Virus record (IMG/VR): IMGVR_UViG_3300048999_000166
Location: 32,001-96,000 of that record
Length of the DNA stretch: 64,000 nt
From: a virus
Direction: 5' to 3' (one strand)
Positions 7,717-16,880 of this stretch are shown here, one piece after another. Each line of letters begins with the position of its first letter. Position 1 is the first letter of the stretch. The notes beneath the pieces are model-generated. The model was given only the letters and a program-made list of their open reading frames with translations, did not search any database and was not told the DNA's origin. The position numbers and the translations under genes were made by a program.

Positions 7717-10700
7717 GTGGCCGTCATTCATCTTGACGTGACCGGTGACTGTACTGGCGCGGTCGATGCACTCAACAACACCTCGGCGGCGGTCGATGGC
7801 CTGCACGGCAAGACCGCCACCGTCGGGGTGATGGTCACGGGCGGCTCGGAGGCGGAGTCTGGCCTTCGGGGGGTCACCGCCGCCGGTCGCGAACTGAGCG
7901 GCACCACCATCTCGGTCGTCCTGGACTCCAGCGCGATCGCTATGGCCAGCAGCGATCTGGGCGGTCTGCGAGGCCAGGTTCGGGGCGCCGCCAGTGACCT
8001 CGACGCGATGGCCGGCAGCCGCGCGTTCAGCATCACCGACGGTGGCTCGATCAGCGGGATGTCGCGCGAGCTGGTGTCCGCGAACGCCGCGGCGAGCGGC
8101 CTGGCCCAGACGATGGGCCAGGCCGGCCACGCCGCGGGAGCCGCGGCGTCCGGCATCGACACCACCACCGCCTCGCTCGGCGGACTCTCCGCCACCGGCG
8201 CCGACGCGAGCGCCGGCCTCGACTCGATGACCAACTCCGCTCAGGAGCTGGAGAAGCGTCTCGGGTCGACCTCGCAGGTGGCCAAGGACGCTCGAACGGA
8301 GCTGAACGCGCTCGCGGGCGCGGGCGGTGGAGGCGGTGGTGGGGGAGCGCTGTCCGGCGGATTCGGGAGTTCATCTCCCGCGGTTCGAGCGGCCGCCGCC
8401 AACTACGCGCACTCCGGTTACGTCGCCCAGTACGGTCAGCCGACGCCTCCGGGCGGCGGTGGAGGCGGGGGCGGCGGTGGAGGCGGGGGCGGAGGAGGCG
8501 GAAGCGCGGGCGCTGGAGGGGCCCGCGACGATGAGGGCGGTGGCATGCGTGGCATGCACGGCCTGCTCCAAGGCGCCCAGATGGTTGGCCTCGTCGCTCT
8601 CGGTTCGGAGGCGGTTGCCGCCGCGGCCGGCGTCATGTCGGTCAACGCGGTCGTCAAGGACACTCCCGCGTTGGCACGCGCCGCCAACCAGTCGATGCTG
8701 GAGTTCGCCAAGGGGGTGCGCTCCGGTTCCGCTGGTGCCGCCGCCGAAGGGGTGCCCGCGATCCATGCGCTGGGTGCTGAGCTAGGCGCGCTCGGCAACG
8801 AGGTCGGGAAGATCGGTGGTGCGCAACTCGGCAATGTGTTGTCGAGCGTGGGCCAGCTGGCCGGCGGCGCCACGAGCGCACTGCAGGCTCTAGAGCCCGC
8901 GATCGGTCCGGCCATCTCTGGTCTGACCAACGTCGGGATGGGGCTGCTGGACGGTATCGCCAACCCGCAGGTTGCAGCAGCGGTGGGCGGGCTGGGCGAT
9001 GCGCTCTCCCAGCCCGGCATTCGCGCCGCGACCGCGGACATCGCTGCCGGCGTCGTGACTGACAGCGCGATCATCACCAGCGCCGCTGGCGACATCCTCA
9101 ACACGGTCGGGAACGTGTTGGAGGGAGTCACCGGCAGTCCCGAGGGCGCTCAGGACGTCAGTGGCGCCCTCATGGGCGGTGGTGGAGCCGCGTGGGCGGC
9201 CAGCAAGTTCGGTGTCAAGGGAGCCGGGCTGGGCATTGCTGGCGCGCTGGGTACCGCCGCCTTCGCTCAGGCTCAGATGGAGCAGTCGGCGGGCCGCGAA
9301 GACATGGTCGCGCCCGGAATGATCGGCGGCGGACTGGGCGCCATGATCGGCGGCATGGTCGGTGGTCCCGGCGGAGCTGTCGCCGGCTACATGGCTGGCG
9401 ACGCCCTCATGGAGGGCGCGCAGAACCTGCCCACCGCCGCTACGGATCCCTTCGATTCGAGCAAGACCGATAACTGGCAGAGCGCGGCCCTGGGCGTGGG
9501 CGGTGGCGCCCTAGCCGGTGGCGCCATCGGTGGCCTGATCGGTGGTGTGCTCCTGCCAGGCATCGGGGCGATCCCGGGTGCCATGATCGGAGCCACCCTC
9601 GGTGGTGGTGGCGGAGCCGCCTACGCGGCCTACGGCCCAGGCTCGGGCGGTGGAGGTGGTTGGGAGCAACATCTGGCCAGTGGCCAGAGCGTCCAGCCCA
9701 GTACCGCCGCTGGCAAGTACGGCTGGAGCGAGGACGCTCAGGGCAATCTGACGCCCAACAATGTCGCTCCTACCGCGGCTCAGCAGGCTGCCGCTACCGC
9801 GCAAGGCGGTACCGACCAGTCCATCATCCAGGCGGGCGGAAAGCTTACTTCCCCGGATGACATCCCGGACTCGATGAAGCCCGACCAGCCGAAAATCCCA
9901 GTGGGCGGGGGTTCTGGCTCGAAGGGGCTACAGGGCGACTCGGGGGCGCAGGTCTCCCAGCGCCAGCTCCAAGAGCTGGGAGTGACAAGCTCGTCCACTG
10001 CCGGTGGTCTTAACCAGACCGCTGCGAGCGCCCAGAACACCACAGCTGCGATGAATCGGCTGAGCAGCAGCGGGAGCAGTGTCAGCGCTCCGATGGAGCA
10101 GGTTTCGTCGGCCAGTACCCGGATGAATTCCGCGCTTAGCTTGACGGGCCAAAGTGCTGGTCAGACCACCCAGTCGCTCAACCGGACCGCTCAGGCTACG
10201 ACCTCGGTGGCGCAGGCGGTCACGCAGACCGCCTCCGCCGCACAGCCCGCGATGCAGTCCATCGCCAAACTGCCGGAACAGGCGTCGACCGCGATGTCCT
10301 CGGCCAGCTCGTCGGTGTCGTCCGGTGGTTCGAAGATGGGCGGGGAGATCCCAACCTCGATGGCCTCGGGAGTCAGGCAGCAGACCAGCCAGGTCTGTGA
10401 CGCGACAGCTGAAATGGCGGCGGCTGCCGCAAACTGCGGTAAGGCAGGCCTGAACGCGCACTCTCCGTCGCAGATCTTCGTCGACCTCGGTGTCGGTATC
10501 GGCGATGGTTTGGCGATCGGTGTTCGTGACAGCACTCCTACCGCAACCGCCGCAGTAGGCAGTGCGATGAAGCAGGTGGTGGCCGCGGGGCAAGCGGGCC
10601 TCGCGGCGGCGTCCCCCTCCGGGGAGTTCCGCGCGATGGGCCAGCAGGCTGTGGCCAACATGGCCAGCGGTACGCAAGGTTCCGGTCAGGCCGCCGCTGC

Positions 10701-11964
10701 TCGGGCGCAGCAGCCCAGCGTGTCGAACACGGCTCAGCTTCAGGCTCAATCGCAGATGCGGGACGCCTCCGACGTCAAGGCGCGCGAGGAGGCGAACAAG
10801 GCCGAGAAGGACAAGCGCGAACAGGACAAGAAGGATCAGGAAGCGATCCGGACGGGACAGCTCGACAAGCACGACATCGAGCGCCGCGACGAGGAGCAGC
10901 GGATCCTCAAGAAGGACCCGAAAGACCGCACGCCTGCGGAGCAGGAGAGGCTTAAGCGCGACAATGCCTTCGACGCGAACAAGCAGGGGCTGCTCGATCG
11001 CGGCATGACGCGAGACTCGGCCGAGCGCAAGGCGGGCTTGGAGGACATTCACAACAAGCACGCCGACGACCTACGACAAGGACGCAGCGATGCCGCGGAC
11101 GATGCGCGTGCACGTTCCTTGTTCGGACAAGGGTCGACGGGCGACCAGTTCCGCAACTCACCGTTCGCCACATCACAGTGGAACAAGCACATGGACGCCC
11201 AGCACAAGGCCCAGTTCGGTGCTCAGCACGGGATCACCCCCGGGCAGGCAGCTGGTGTTATGGGCGGCAACCAGTCGTTGTTCGACGCCCAGCACGATGC
11301 TCGAAGTAAGGGCGAGGGCGACGGCAAGGACTATGGCGGAGGGCTTTCCTCCGGTCTTGACAAGACCGGTGGCGATGTCGGTGATTCGGCCGGAAAGATC
11401 GGTCAGGCCGCTATCGATGCCGCCAAGCACAAGACCAAGACACACTCCCCGTCGATGGAGTTCTACGACATCGGAACCGGACTGGGCCAGGGCATGTACC
11501 TGGGCATGTCCGAGTCCACCACGGCCGCGTTCTCCGGCTACGACCCAGCGCCCGCCATCACGGGGTCGTTGAGCGGAGGACTCGGAGCCGCGGTTCAGAA
11601 CGCCTCCTCGGGCATTACGGGGATCGCCTCCAACGCTGGGCTCGCCGTGGGGTACGTGTGGTCGAGCAGCATGATGTCCGGGGTCAACTCCGTGCTGAAG
11701 TCGGCCGACTACCAGTCGATCTCGCTTCCGCAGATCGGTAGCGCTCTGGCGAAGACCGCACTCGGCACCGATGGCCTGCTAGGCCCAGCCGGTACGGGCG
11801 GTTCTATCCCGATTAACCAGGCGGTCTCGGTTCCGGCCGCACCAGCGGCTCCGATCGTCCTGAATGTGATGCTCGACGGCACGCCGTTCAAGCAGCTGAC
11901 CGTGCAAACGGTGTCGGATGCCCTTAACGCGCTGGCTGACTCTATTCCGCAGCAGGTCGGATGA
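7717..11964 (+). CDS. Tape measure protein
   Basis: 1415 aa, Ala/Gly-rich, hydrophobic GxxxG repeats and three SPS motifs (HSPSQIF, ASPSGEF, HSPSMEF); follows the frameshifted chaperone. Confidence 0.85.
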   Translation: MAVIHLDVTGDCTGAVDALNNTSAAVDGLHGKTATVGVMVTGGSEAESGLRGVTAAGRELSGTTISVVLDSSAIAMASSDLGGLRGQVRGAASDLDAMAGSRAFSITDGGSISGMSRELVSANAAASGLAQTMGQAGHAAGAAASGIDTTTASLGGLSATGADASAGLDSMTNSAQELEKRLGSTSQVAKDARTELNALAGAGGGGGGGGALSGGFGSSSPAVRAAAANYAHSGYVAQYGQPTPPGGGGGGGGGGGGGGGGGSAGAGGARDDEGGGMRGMHGLLQGAQMVGLVALGSEAVAAAAGVMSVNAVVKDTPALARAANQSMLEFAKGVRSGSAGAAAEGVPAIHALGAELGALGNEVGKIGGAQLGNVLSSVGQLAGGATSALQALEPAIGPAISGLTNVGMGLLDGIANPQVAAAVGGLGDALSQPGIRAATADIAAGVVTDSAIITSAAGDILNTVGNVLEGVTGSPEGAQDVSGALMGGGGAAWAASKFGVKGAGLGIAGALGTAAFAQAQMEQSAGREDMVAPGMIGGGLGAMIGGMVGGPGGAVAGYMAGDALMEGAQNLPTAATDPFDSSKTDNWQSAALGVGGGALAGGAIGGLIGGVLLPGIGAIPGAMIGATLGGGGGAAYAAYGPGSGGGGGWEQHLASGQSVQPSTAAGKYGWSEDAQGNLTPNNVAPTAAQQAAATAQGGTDQSIIQAGGKLTSPDDIPDSMKPDQPKIPVGGGSGSKGLQGDSGAQVSQRQLQELGVTSSSTAGGLNQTAASAQNTTAAMNRLSSSGSSVSAPMEQVSSASTRMNSALSLTGQSAGQTTQSLNRTAQATTSVAQAVTQTASAAQPAMQSIAKLPEQASTAMSSASSSVSSGGSKMGGEIPTSMASGVRQQTSQVCDATAEMAAAAANCGKAGLNAHSPSQIFVDLGVGIGDGLAIGVRDSTPTATAAVGSAMKQVVAAGQAGLAAASPSGEFRAMGQQAVANMASGTQGSGQAAAARAQQPSVSNTAQLQAQSQMRDASDVKAREEANKAEKDKREQDKKDQEAIRTGQLDKHDIERRDEEQRILKKDPKDRTPAEQERLKRDNAFDANKQGLLDRGMTRDSAERKAGLEDIHNKHADDLRQGRSDAADDARARSLFGQGSTGDQFRNSPFATSQWNKHMDAQHKAQFGAQHGITPGQAAGVMGGNQSLFDAQHDARSKGEGDGKDYGGGLSSGLDKTGGDVGDSAGKIGQAAIDAAKHKTKTHSPSMEFYDIGTGLGQGMYLGMSESTTAAFSGYDPAPAITGSLSGGLGAAVQNASSGITGIASNAGLAVGYVWSSSMMSGVNSVLKSADYQSISLPQIGSALAKTALGTDGLLGPAGTGGSIPINQAVSVPAAPAAPIVLNVMLDGTPFKQLTVQTVSDALNALADSIPQQVG

Positions 11965-11967
11965 TAG

Positions 11968-12001
11968 GTGCGGCACCCCGTTAGAGCCGGGTGCCGCACC
12001 G
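11968..12001. terminator. Hairpin after the tape measure gene
   Basis: ggtgcggcacc...ggtgccgcacc inverted repeat. Confidence 0.55.
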
Positions 12002-12025
12002 CTCTATTAGCGTAAAGGGGGCTTG

Positions 12026-13696
12026 ATGGCTAGCTTGACGACCCAGGTTATCCGGCCGAATAGCACGCCTCAAGCGGGCACGGGTATTACCATCACCGGG
12101 ACCGGGCCGGCCAGTACTGTGTTGGCGGACAACCTGGATACCACTTTTATCTCCATTAATGGACTCTGCCGGCTGGATAACCAGGTTCTGCGGGTCGGGT
12201 TCCCCACCCCCACTATTCCAACGGGGGCGAAGGTTTATTCAGTAGGTCTTCGCCGCCGCACCTTTACTCAGATCGCCTCCACTCCAGCTCCCACTATTCC
12301 GGTGTGCAACCACTGGCTCCGGTCAGTGACCGGTTCGATCTCTATCGCCGGCCAGATTCAAGCTATTCAGAAGTACTTCTTCAACAGCAACTGCCCGACC
12401 TCTCCCCCGACCGCCCCGACCGTTCCGGTGTGGATCGAGGAGAACCTTGGGACGTTCCTCACCGGCCCTGGTGGGCAGCCGTGGGACCCCACCACCAACC
12501 TGGTCGGGTTGACCTACGACATCGGTCGCGACGATGCGAGCACCACCACCACGTTGAGCGTGAGCGCGGTCTACCTGGACGTCACCTACCAGCAGGCCAG
12601 CTCGATCACCGTCACCGGTCCGACTGGCACCGTCAGCTCGACGCGCCCGACGGTCACCTGGACCTACGCGAGCCCGGACTCGCAGCCGCAGGCCGCCTAC
12701 AACATCGCCATCTATACGGCGGCTCAGGTGGCCAGCCTCGGCTTCTCCCCGTTCGTCACGGTGCCGGTGCAGACCTCCGGGGTGACCCTGGGCGAAGATC
12801 TGTCCTGGACGCTCACCAGCGACGTCACGGACGGCACCTACTCCGCCTACGTCCAGGCGTTCTCGCAGTGGTCGGGACCGGGCACTTTCCCGACGGCGGT
12901 CGCTTCGACGACCTGGACGCGCGTCGCTACGCCGGCTAGCCCCCCGCCAGCGGCAGTGCTGAACACCGCGGTCTTCGACGTCACCAACAACCGTGTGCAG
13001 CTCGCGTTCCAACCGGGCGGCACCACTCCCGCGACGACCGCCTTCTTGGTGCAGGCCTCGCGCGACAACGGGACGAGTTGGACCGCCATCCCGAGCTTGT
13101 CCTACCTGCCCGCGAACGGGATGACCCCGCTCTCGGTCTACGAGTACACCGCTCCTCTGAATGTGCTCAGCCAGTACCGGGTGATCGCCTACAGCGGCTC
13201 GGTGTTGGTGGCGGCCCAGTCTCCCTCGAACGTCTTGTCGGTGACCCCGTTCGGGGACAAGCACTGGTTGAAGAATCCGAACAATCCGCTGCTCAACACG
13301 GTGCTGCCGGTCGCGGTCTCGAAGAGCGACACCGGCATCAAGGTGACCAAGCGCCGCACGATGGGCACCTTCTTCCCGCTCAGCGCCGATGGCTCGGAGG
13401 CGCTGCCGTTCATCGTCGGTGGTCCGACGCACGGCGACGAATACGAGATCGAGCTGTTCTTCGAACTCGATGACCTGCTCAACGTCTGGCCCGTCGTCGA
13501 TGAGCTGGACCGTACCGGCGGGACGCTGCTGCTGCAGAAGCCCGACGGCTCGCAGGTCTGGGTCGCGCTCGGCCCCGGAGCGAGTGGCCAGGACACCACG
13601 GAGAACTACAACGCGCTGCCCGGCGTCCCCACCCGAGTTCAGTGGCGGCGGCGGAAATTGGTCATGACCCAGACGCGCGTACCGGACTACTACTGA
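12026..13696 (+). CDS. Minor tail protein with fibronectin-III-like domains (distal tail/hub region)
   Basis: First gene after the tape measure; Thr-rich beta pattern, RPTVTWTY...QAAYNI, VQASRDNGTSW...YRVIAY, C-terminal WLKNP motif. Confidence 0.65.
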   Translation: MASLTTQVIRPNSTPQAGTGITITGTGPASTVLADNLDTTFISINGLCRLDNQVLRVGFPTPTIPTGAKVYSVGLRRRTFTQIASTPAPTIPVCNHWLRSVTGSISIAGQIQAIQKYFFNSNCPTSPPTAPTVPVWIEENLGTFLTGPGGQPWDPTTNLVGLTYDIGRDDASTTTTLSVSAVYLDVTYQQASSITVTGPTGTVSSTRPTVTWTYASPDSQPQAAYNIAIYTAAQVASLGFSPFVTVPVQTSGVTLGEDLSWTLTSDVTDGTYSAYVQAFSQWSGPGTFPTAVASTTWTRVATPASPPPAAVLNTAVFDVTNNRVQLAFQPGGTTPATTAFLVQASRDNGTSWTAIPSLSYLPANGMTPLSVYEYTAPLNVLSQYRVIAYSGSVLVAAQSPSNVLSVTPFGDKHWLKNPNNPLLNTVLPVAVSKSDTGIKVTKRRTMGTFFPLSADGSEALPFIVGGPTHGDEYEIELFFELDDLLNVWPVVDELDRTGGTLLLQKPDGSQVWVALGPGASGQDTTENYNALPGVPTRVQWRRRKLVMTQTRVPDYY

Positions 13697-13709
13697 GGAG
13701 GAGCTGTCG

Positions 13710-14096
13710 ATGCAAGGTCGTACTCCTGATTTTGACGCCACCGCGCGGAAACCGCACACCGCTGTTTCTCGCGTTGATGTCATCCAGAAGGACGCCGTAG
13801 TCAACTACCTCCAGGTGCACGCGGGCGTGGTGACAGCGGATCGAGCAGCCGCTCTGATGCGGACTATCCAGGTGGAGGTGAGCGACCCAAATGGGGTGCT
13901 CACCCCGTTGGGAATGACGTCGCAGCTTGCTCCGTTCGGTACTCGAATGCAGGTATGGCGAGGAGTGCGCATCAAGAGTACCGAGGTTGTGACCGCGTTC
14001 TATAATGCGGCCAATCCTTGGACGCCGCTCACCCCGACCGGGGTGATGAATGGTGTCAAGATGGACACTGATGGCGGACTCGTCCTGGGACCGTGA
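13710..14096 (+). CDS. N-terminal fragment of a DUF5047-like tail hub protein
   Basis: VTADRAAALMRTIQVEVSDP...LTP...LAPFGTRMQVWRGV matches the N-terminus of this actinophage tail family; the C-terminal half appears in 16881-18209. Confidence 0.6.
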   Translation: MQGRTPDFDATARKPHTAVSRVDVIQKDAVVNYLQVHAGVVTADRAAALMRTIQVEVSDPNGVLTPLGMTSQLAPFGTRMQVWRGVRIKSTEVVTAFYNAANPWTPLTPTGVMNGVKMDTDGGLVLGP

Positions 14097-14614
14097 CGAT
14101 GTTTGAAGCGTTGGCGGAGCATCCTAAGATTCTGGTGACCGGGCCAGGTCGTTCCGGAACGACTATCGCGGGGAAAATGATCGCGCAAGACACCGGCCAT
14201 CGATACGAAGATGAAGGAGGATTCAGAGGTAATCGCATAGACTTGTTTCGTGACCTGGTCGCCCGTGAGAGCGACGTAGTCGTACAGTGCCCGCTCATGT
14301 TTCGAGTTATTATCGACAACCCTCCGCCTGATGTGTTCGTCGTTGTTATGCGGAGGAACGTGGACGATATTAGAAATAGCTTCAACCAAGTATTGCGGTT
14401 GATGAACACCGCTAGCAACGTTGATGCTGGTGTGGTTGCCCAGGAGTATTACGATTACTGGGATGGACATGCTAAGCCATTTCCATTCCTTGAACTTAAC
14501 TACGACGCAATAACGGATCATTCGTTGTATGTGCCGCCGGAGCGCCGCGTCAACTTCGGGATTAAGCAGACCGAGGAAGGGGGTGCGGAATGGCCCAACA
14601 GCTACAATTCCTAG
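14093..14614 (+). CDS. Sulfotransferase-like P-loop protein
   Basis: LVTGPGRSGTT (5'-PSB-like), VVMRRNVDDIRNS (3'-PB-like), FLELNYDAI; GTGA overlap; more AT-rich codons. Confidence 0.55.
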   Translation: MTMFEALAEHPKILVTGPGRSGTTIAGKMIAQDTGHRYEDEGGFRGNRIDLFRDLVARESDVVVQCPLMFRVIIDNPPPDVFVVVMRRNVDDIRNSFNQVLRLMNTASNVDAGVVAQEYYDYWDGHAKPFPFLELNYDAITDHSLYVPPERRVNFGIKQTEEGGAEWPNSYNS

Positions 14615-15342
14615 ATATGAGCGTTTCGCTCACTCCTCCCGCTGGGTATTTGCAACCGCAGCCGATCCCATTGGGGCCGAACAGATTGCCCAATGATATC
14701 AGGCTAGCGTTTATTACCGCATCAGGCGTCACCGGCGGTTCGATGCTAGAGATGCAATTGCAGCCTGATCCCCCAACTGGGTTTACCGCCGCATACTCGA
14801 TCAATCCTGGACTTGAGACTCACGGGGTCTACTACCGCCGGATTACAGCCACTGACACCGACAACGTAAACGTAACCTGGGCCAAACCCACAAACTGGCA
14901 GCATTTCATGTTCGCCACCATGACCGTGCGTGGCGTGAGCCCCACCTCCACTCCTACGGGGGGCTGGTTGAGGCTCAGCCAGACCAGCGGTGACACAGCT
15001 GCGGTAGCGGCATCAGTGACCGTCCCCGGTCCCGGCGTCATGGTCTTCATGGCGGGCACTGTTCCTGACCCGTGGGCCAGCAGCGGTGTCGCGCCGTCCT
15101 GGGCGGTGGCCTTGGGAGCCCCCACTGGGTGGACGAACCTGGTGGCTACCGATAAATCCGGAGCGACCTTCTTTCAGTACGGTACGGATCCTAGTTTGAT
15201 CCTAGTGGCAAAGACATTCTCCGCTTCCGGAACAACGGGCGCTGTCTCATTCCCCAGTGCGCGAGGCGCTCCCGCTATGACGGGTCTGTACGTGTTCTTG
15301 ACGGCATCGTCGGATGTTTCAGTCGGCATAGGTGCGGCTTGA
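14590..15342 (+). CDS. Minor tail beta-sandwich protein
   Basis: 250 aa, Thr/Gly/Pro-rich; the WTNLVATDK pattern is common in actinophage tail proteins. Confidence 0.5.
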   Translation: MAQQLQFLDMSVSLTPPAGYLQPQPIPLGPNRLPNDIRLAFITASGVTGGSMLEMQLQPDPPTGFTAAYSINPGLETHGVYYRRITATDTDNVNVTWAKPTNWQHFMFATMTVRGVSPTSTPTGGWLRLSQTSGDTAAVAASVTVPGPGVMVFMAGTVPDPWASSGVAPSWAVALGAPTGWTNLVATDKSGATFFQYGTDPSLILVAKTFSASGTTGAVSFPSARGAPAMTGLYVFLTASSDVSVGIGAA

Positions 15343-15363
15343 TCATTCCAGGAAGGGCGCTCC

Positions 15364-15864
15364 ATGACTGCTTACTTGTGTAGAAATGATCAGAGCAACA
15401 TAGTGGGTGGCAGTATCGCCATTCGTGCGGTTAACTACGAAATTCGTCTTAATATCGTTAATATTTGGACGTGGACCGGTGCCGGAGTGTGTAAAATTTA
15501 CCGGCACGAGAATTCCACCATAACTGGTGGGACCACGATACCAATTGCGGCTCTTCGTCACGGGGCCCCGGCTGCGTCAGCCACCGCAAAACTCGGCGTT
15601 GTCGGGTCGGGCCTGACGCTGACGGGCACCCAGAGGGTGCTTGGTTCTACATATGTGGCGACTGGTGAGACGTCGAGCATTGTGGGCACCTCGGTGATCA
15701 ATACCTACCCGGGACAGACCGGGCAGCTTCAGTCTCCGTTGACGCTTACGATAACCCCCGGAAGTGTCCTTCGCATTGGTCCGCCTGCCGGTGGACCGAT
15801 CATCGACTACGCCAATGGCGTCGAGATTTACTTCGAGGAGCTGCGGCTCACGGGCAGTTCTTGA
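15364..15864 (+). CDS. Hypothetical tail-module protein (paralog A)
   Basis: 166 aa; shares several blocks with 15880-16395. Confidence 0.6.
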   Translation: MTAYLCRNDQSNIVGGSIAIRAVNYEIRLNIVNIWTWTGAGVCKIYRHENSTITGGTTIPIAALRHGAPAASATAKLGVVGSGLTLTGTQRVLGSTYVATGETSSIVGTSVINTYPGQTGQLQSPLTLTITPGSVLRIGPPAGGPIIDYANGVEIYFEELRLTGSS

Positions 15865-15879
15865 GGCGGCAATGTCAAT

Positions 15880-16395
15880 ATGACTGGATATTACGTAGGA
15901 TTTGACCAATCGGTAGACGGCGCTTCCATGGCTATCAGAGCGGTTACCTATGAATTACGCATCGCTCAAATCACTTTCTGGAACGTTAGCTCAGGCGGCT
16001 TCGTACTAAACATAAATAGACGCACCGGCTCGTCATTAAGCGGCGGTAGTGCTCTCGACGTTGTTCCTCTTAGACAGGGCGCGCCAGCCGCGACGTGTAC
16101 GGCTCGGGTTGGTACTTCCTTGACCGTATCCGGCACCAATACCGTAGTTGGTAGCACATACGTACCTCCCGGAGAGACGTCATCTTTGTACGTATCAGGG
16201 CCGGTTGTTTCCGTTCTCCACACCTATCCTGGGTCGACCGCAAACGCCAATTCTCCGCTGCCACTGACGATCTCTCCCGGCAGCGTCCTGCAGATCGCTG
16301 GTGGATTCTCACAAACAACCCAGTACGGGGGTCTGTATACCGCCATGGGTTGCAACATCTACTTCGACGAGCTGCGCCTACCGGGAAGTTACTAA
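15880..16395 (+). CDS. Hypothetical tail-module protein (paralog B)
   Basis: 171 aa; AIRAVTYELRI, PLRQGAPAA, YFDELRL are shared with paralog A. Confidence 0.6.
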   Translation: MTGYYVGFDQSVDGASMAIRAVTYELRIAQITFWNVSSGGFVLNINRRTGSSLSGGSALDVVPLRQGAPAATCTARVGTSLTVSGTNTVVGSTYVPPGETSSLYVSGPVVSVLHTYPGSTANANSPLPLTISPGSVLQIAGGFSQTTQYGGLYTAMGCNIYFDELRLPGSY

Positions 16396-16412
16396 ATGTC
16401 CATTAGCGAAGA

Positions 16413-16877
16413 TTGGGGGCAAATGCTTTGGCTAACTTTGTATTCCCATGCGCGAAGGGCCGCTTTGTAGAGAAGTACTCTTTATTGACCGGTAGCGACA
16501 ACATCGTCGTGGTGCTTCTCCAGTCCACCGGCCTCCAGGCGGACGCCACGCTCGCCGGCTACACGAACCTCGGGGCTCTCCTGGCGGCCACATCGGACGA
16601 GGCGACGTTCACGAACTACGCACGCATCATCCTGGCCAGCGGCAACATCACTATCACGACCACGACCACCGTCACAGTTTCTCTGACCGGCAACCTGGTG
16701 TGGAACTCCGCCGGTGGGGCGCTGAACAACGTCCTCGGGGCAGCTTTGACCTGCTATCGCCCGACGTCGGGCTCGGCGGACTCCGCGATCATCCCGCTGA
16801 CCAAGCACGACTTCAGCACCACGACGGCGGGCGGCAACCTGACGGGCACGGTCACCACGATCGCTACGGCGGTGTGA
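16413..16877 (+). CDS. Minor tail protein
   Basis: ANFVF..AKGR...DEATFTNYARI...LTKHDF, a common actinophage tail protein type; the true start may be TTG 16428. Confidence 0.6.
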   Translation: MGANALANFVFPCAKGRFVEKYSLLTGSDNIVVVLLQSTGLQADATLAGYTNLGALLAATSDEATFTNYARIILASGNITITTTTTVTVSLTGNLVWNSAGGALNNVLGAALTCYRPTSGSADSAIIPLTKHDFSTTTAGGNLTGTVTTIATAV

Positions 16878-16880
16878 ACC

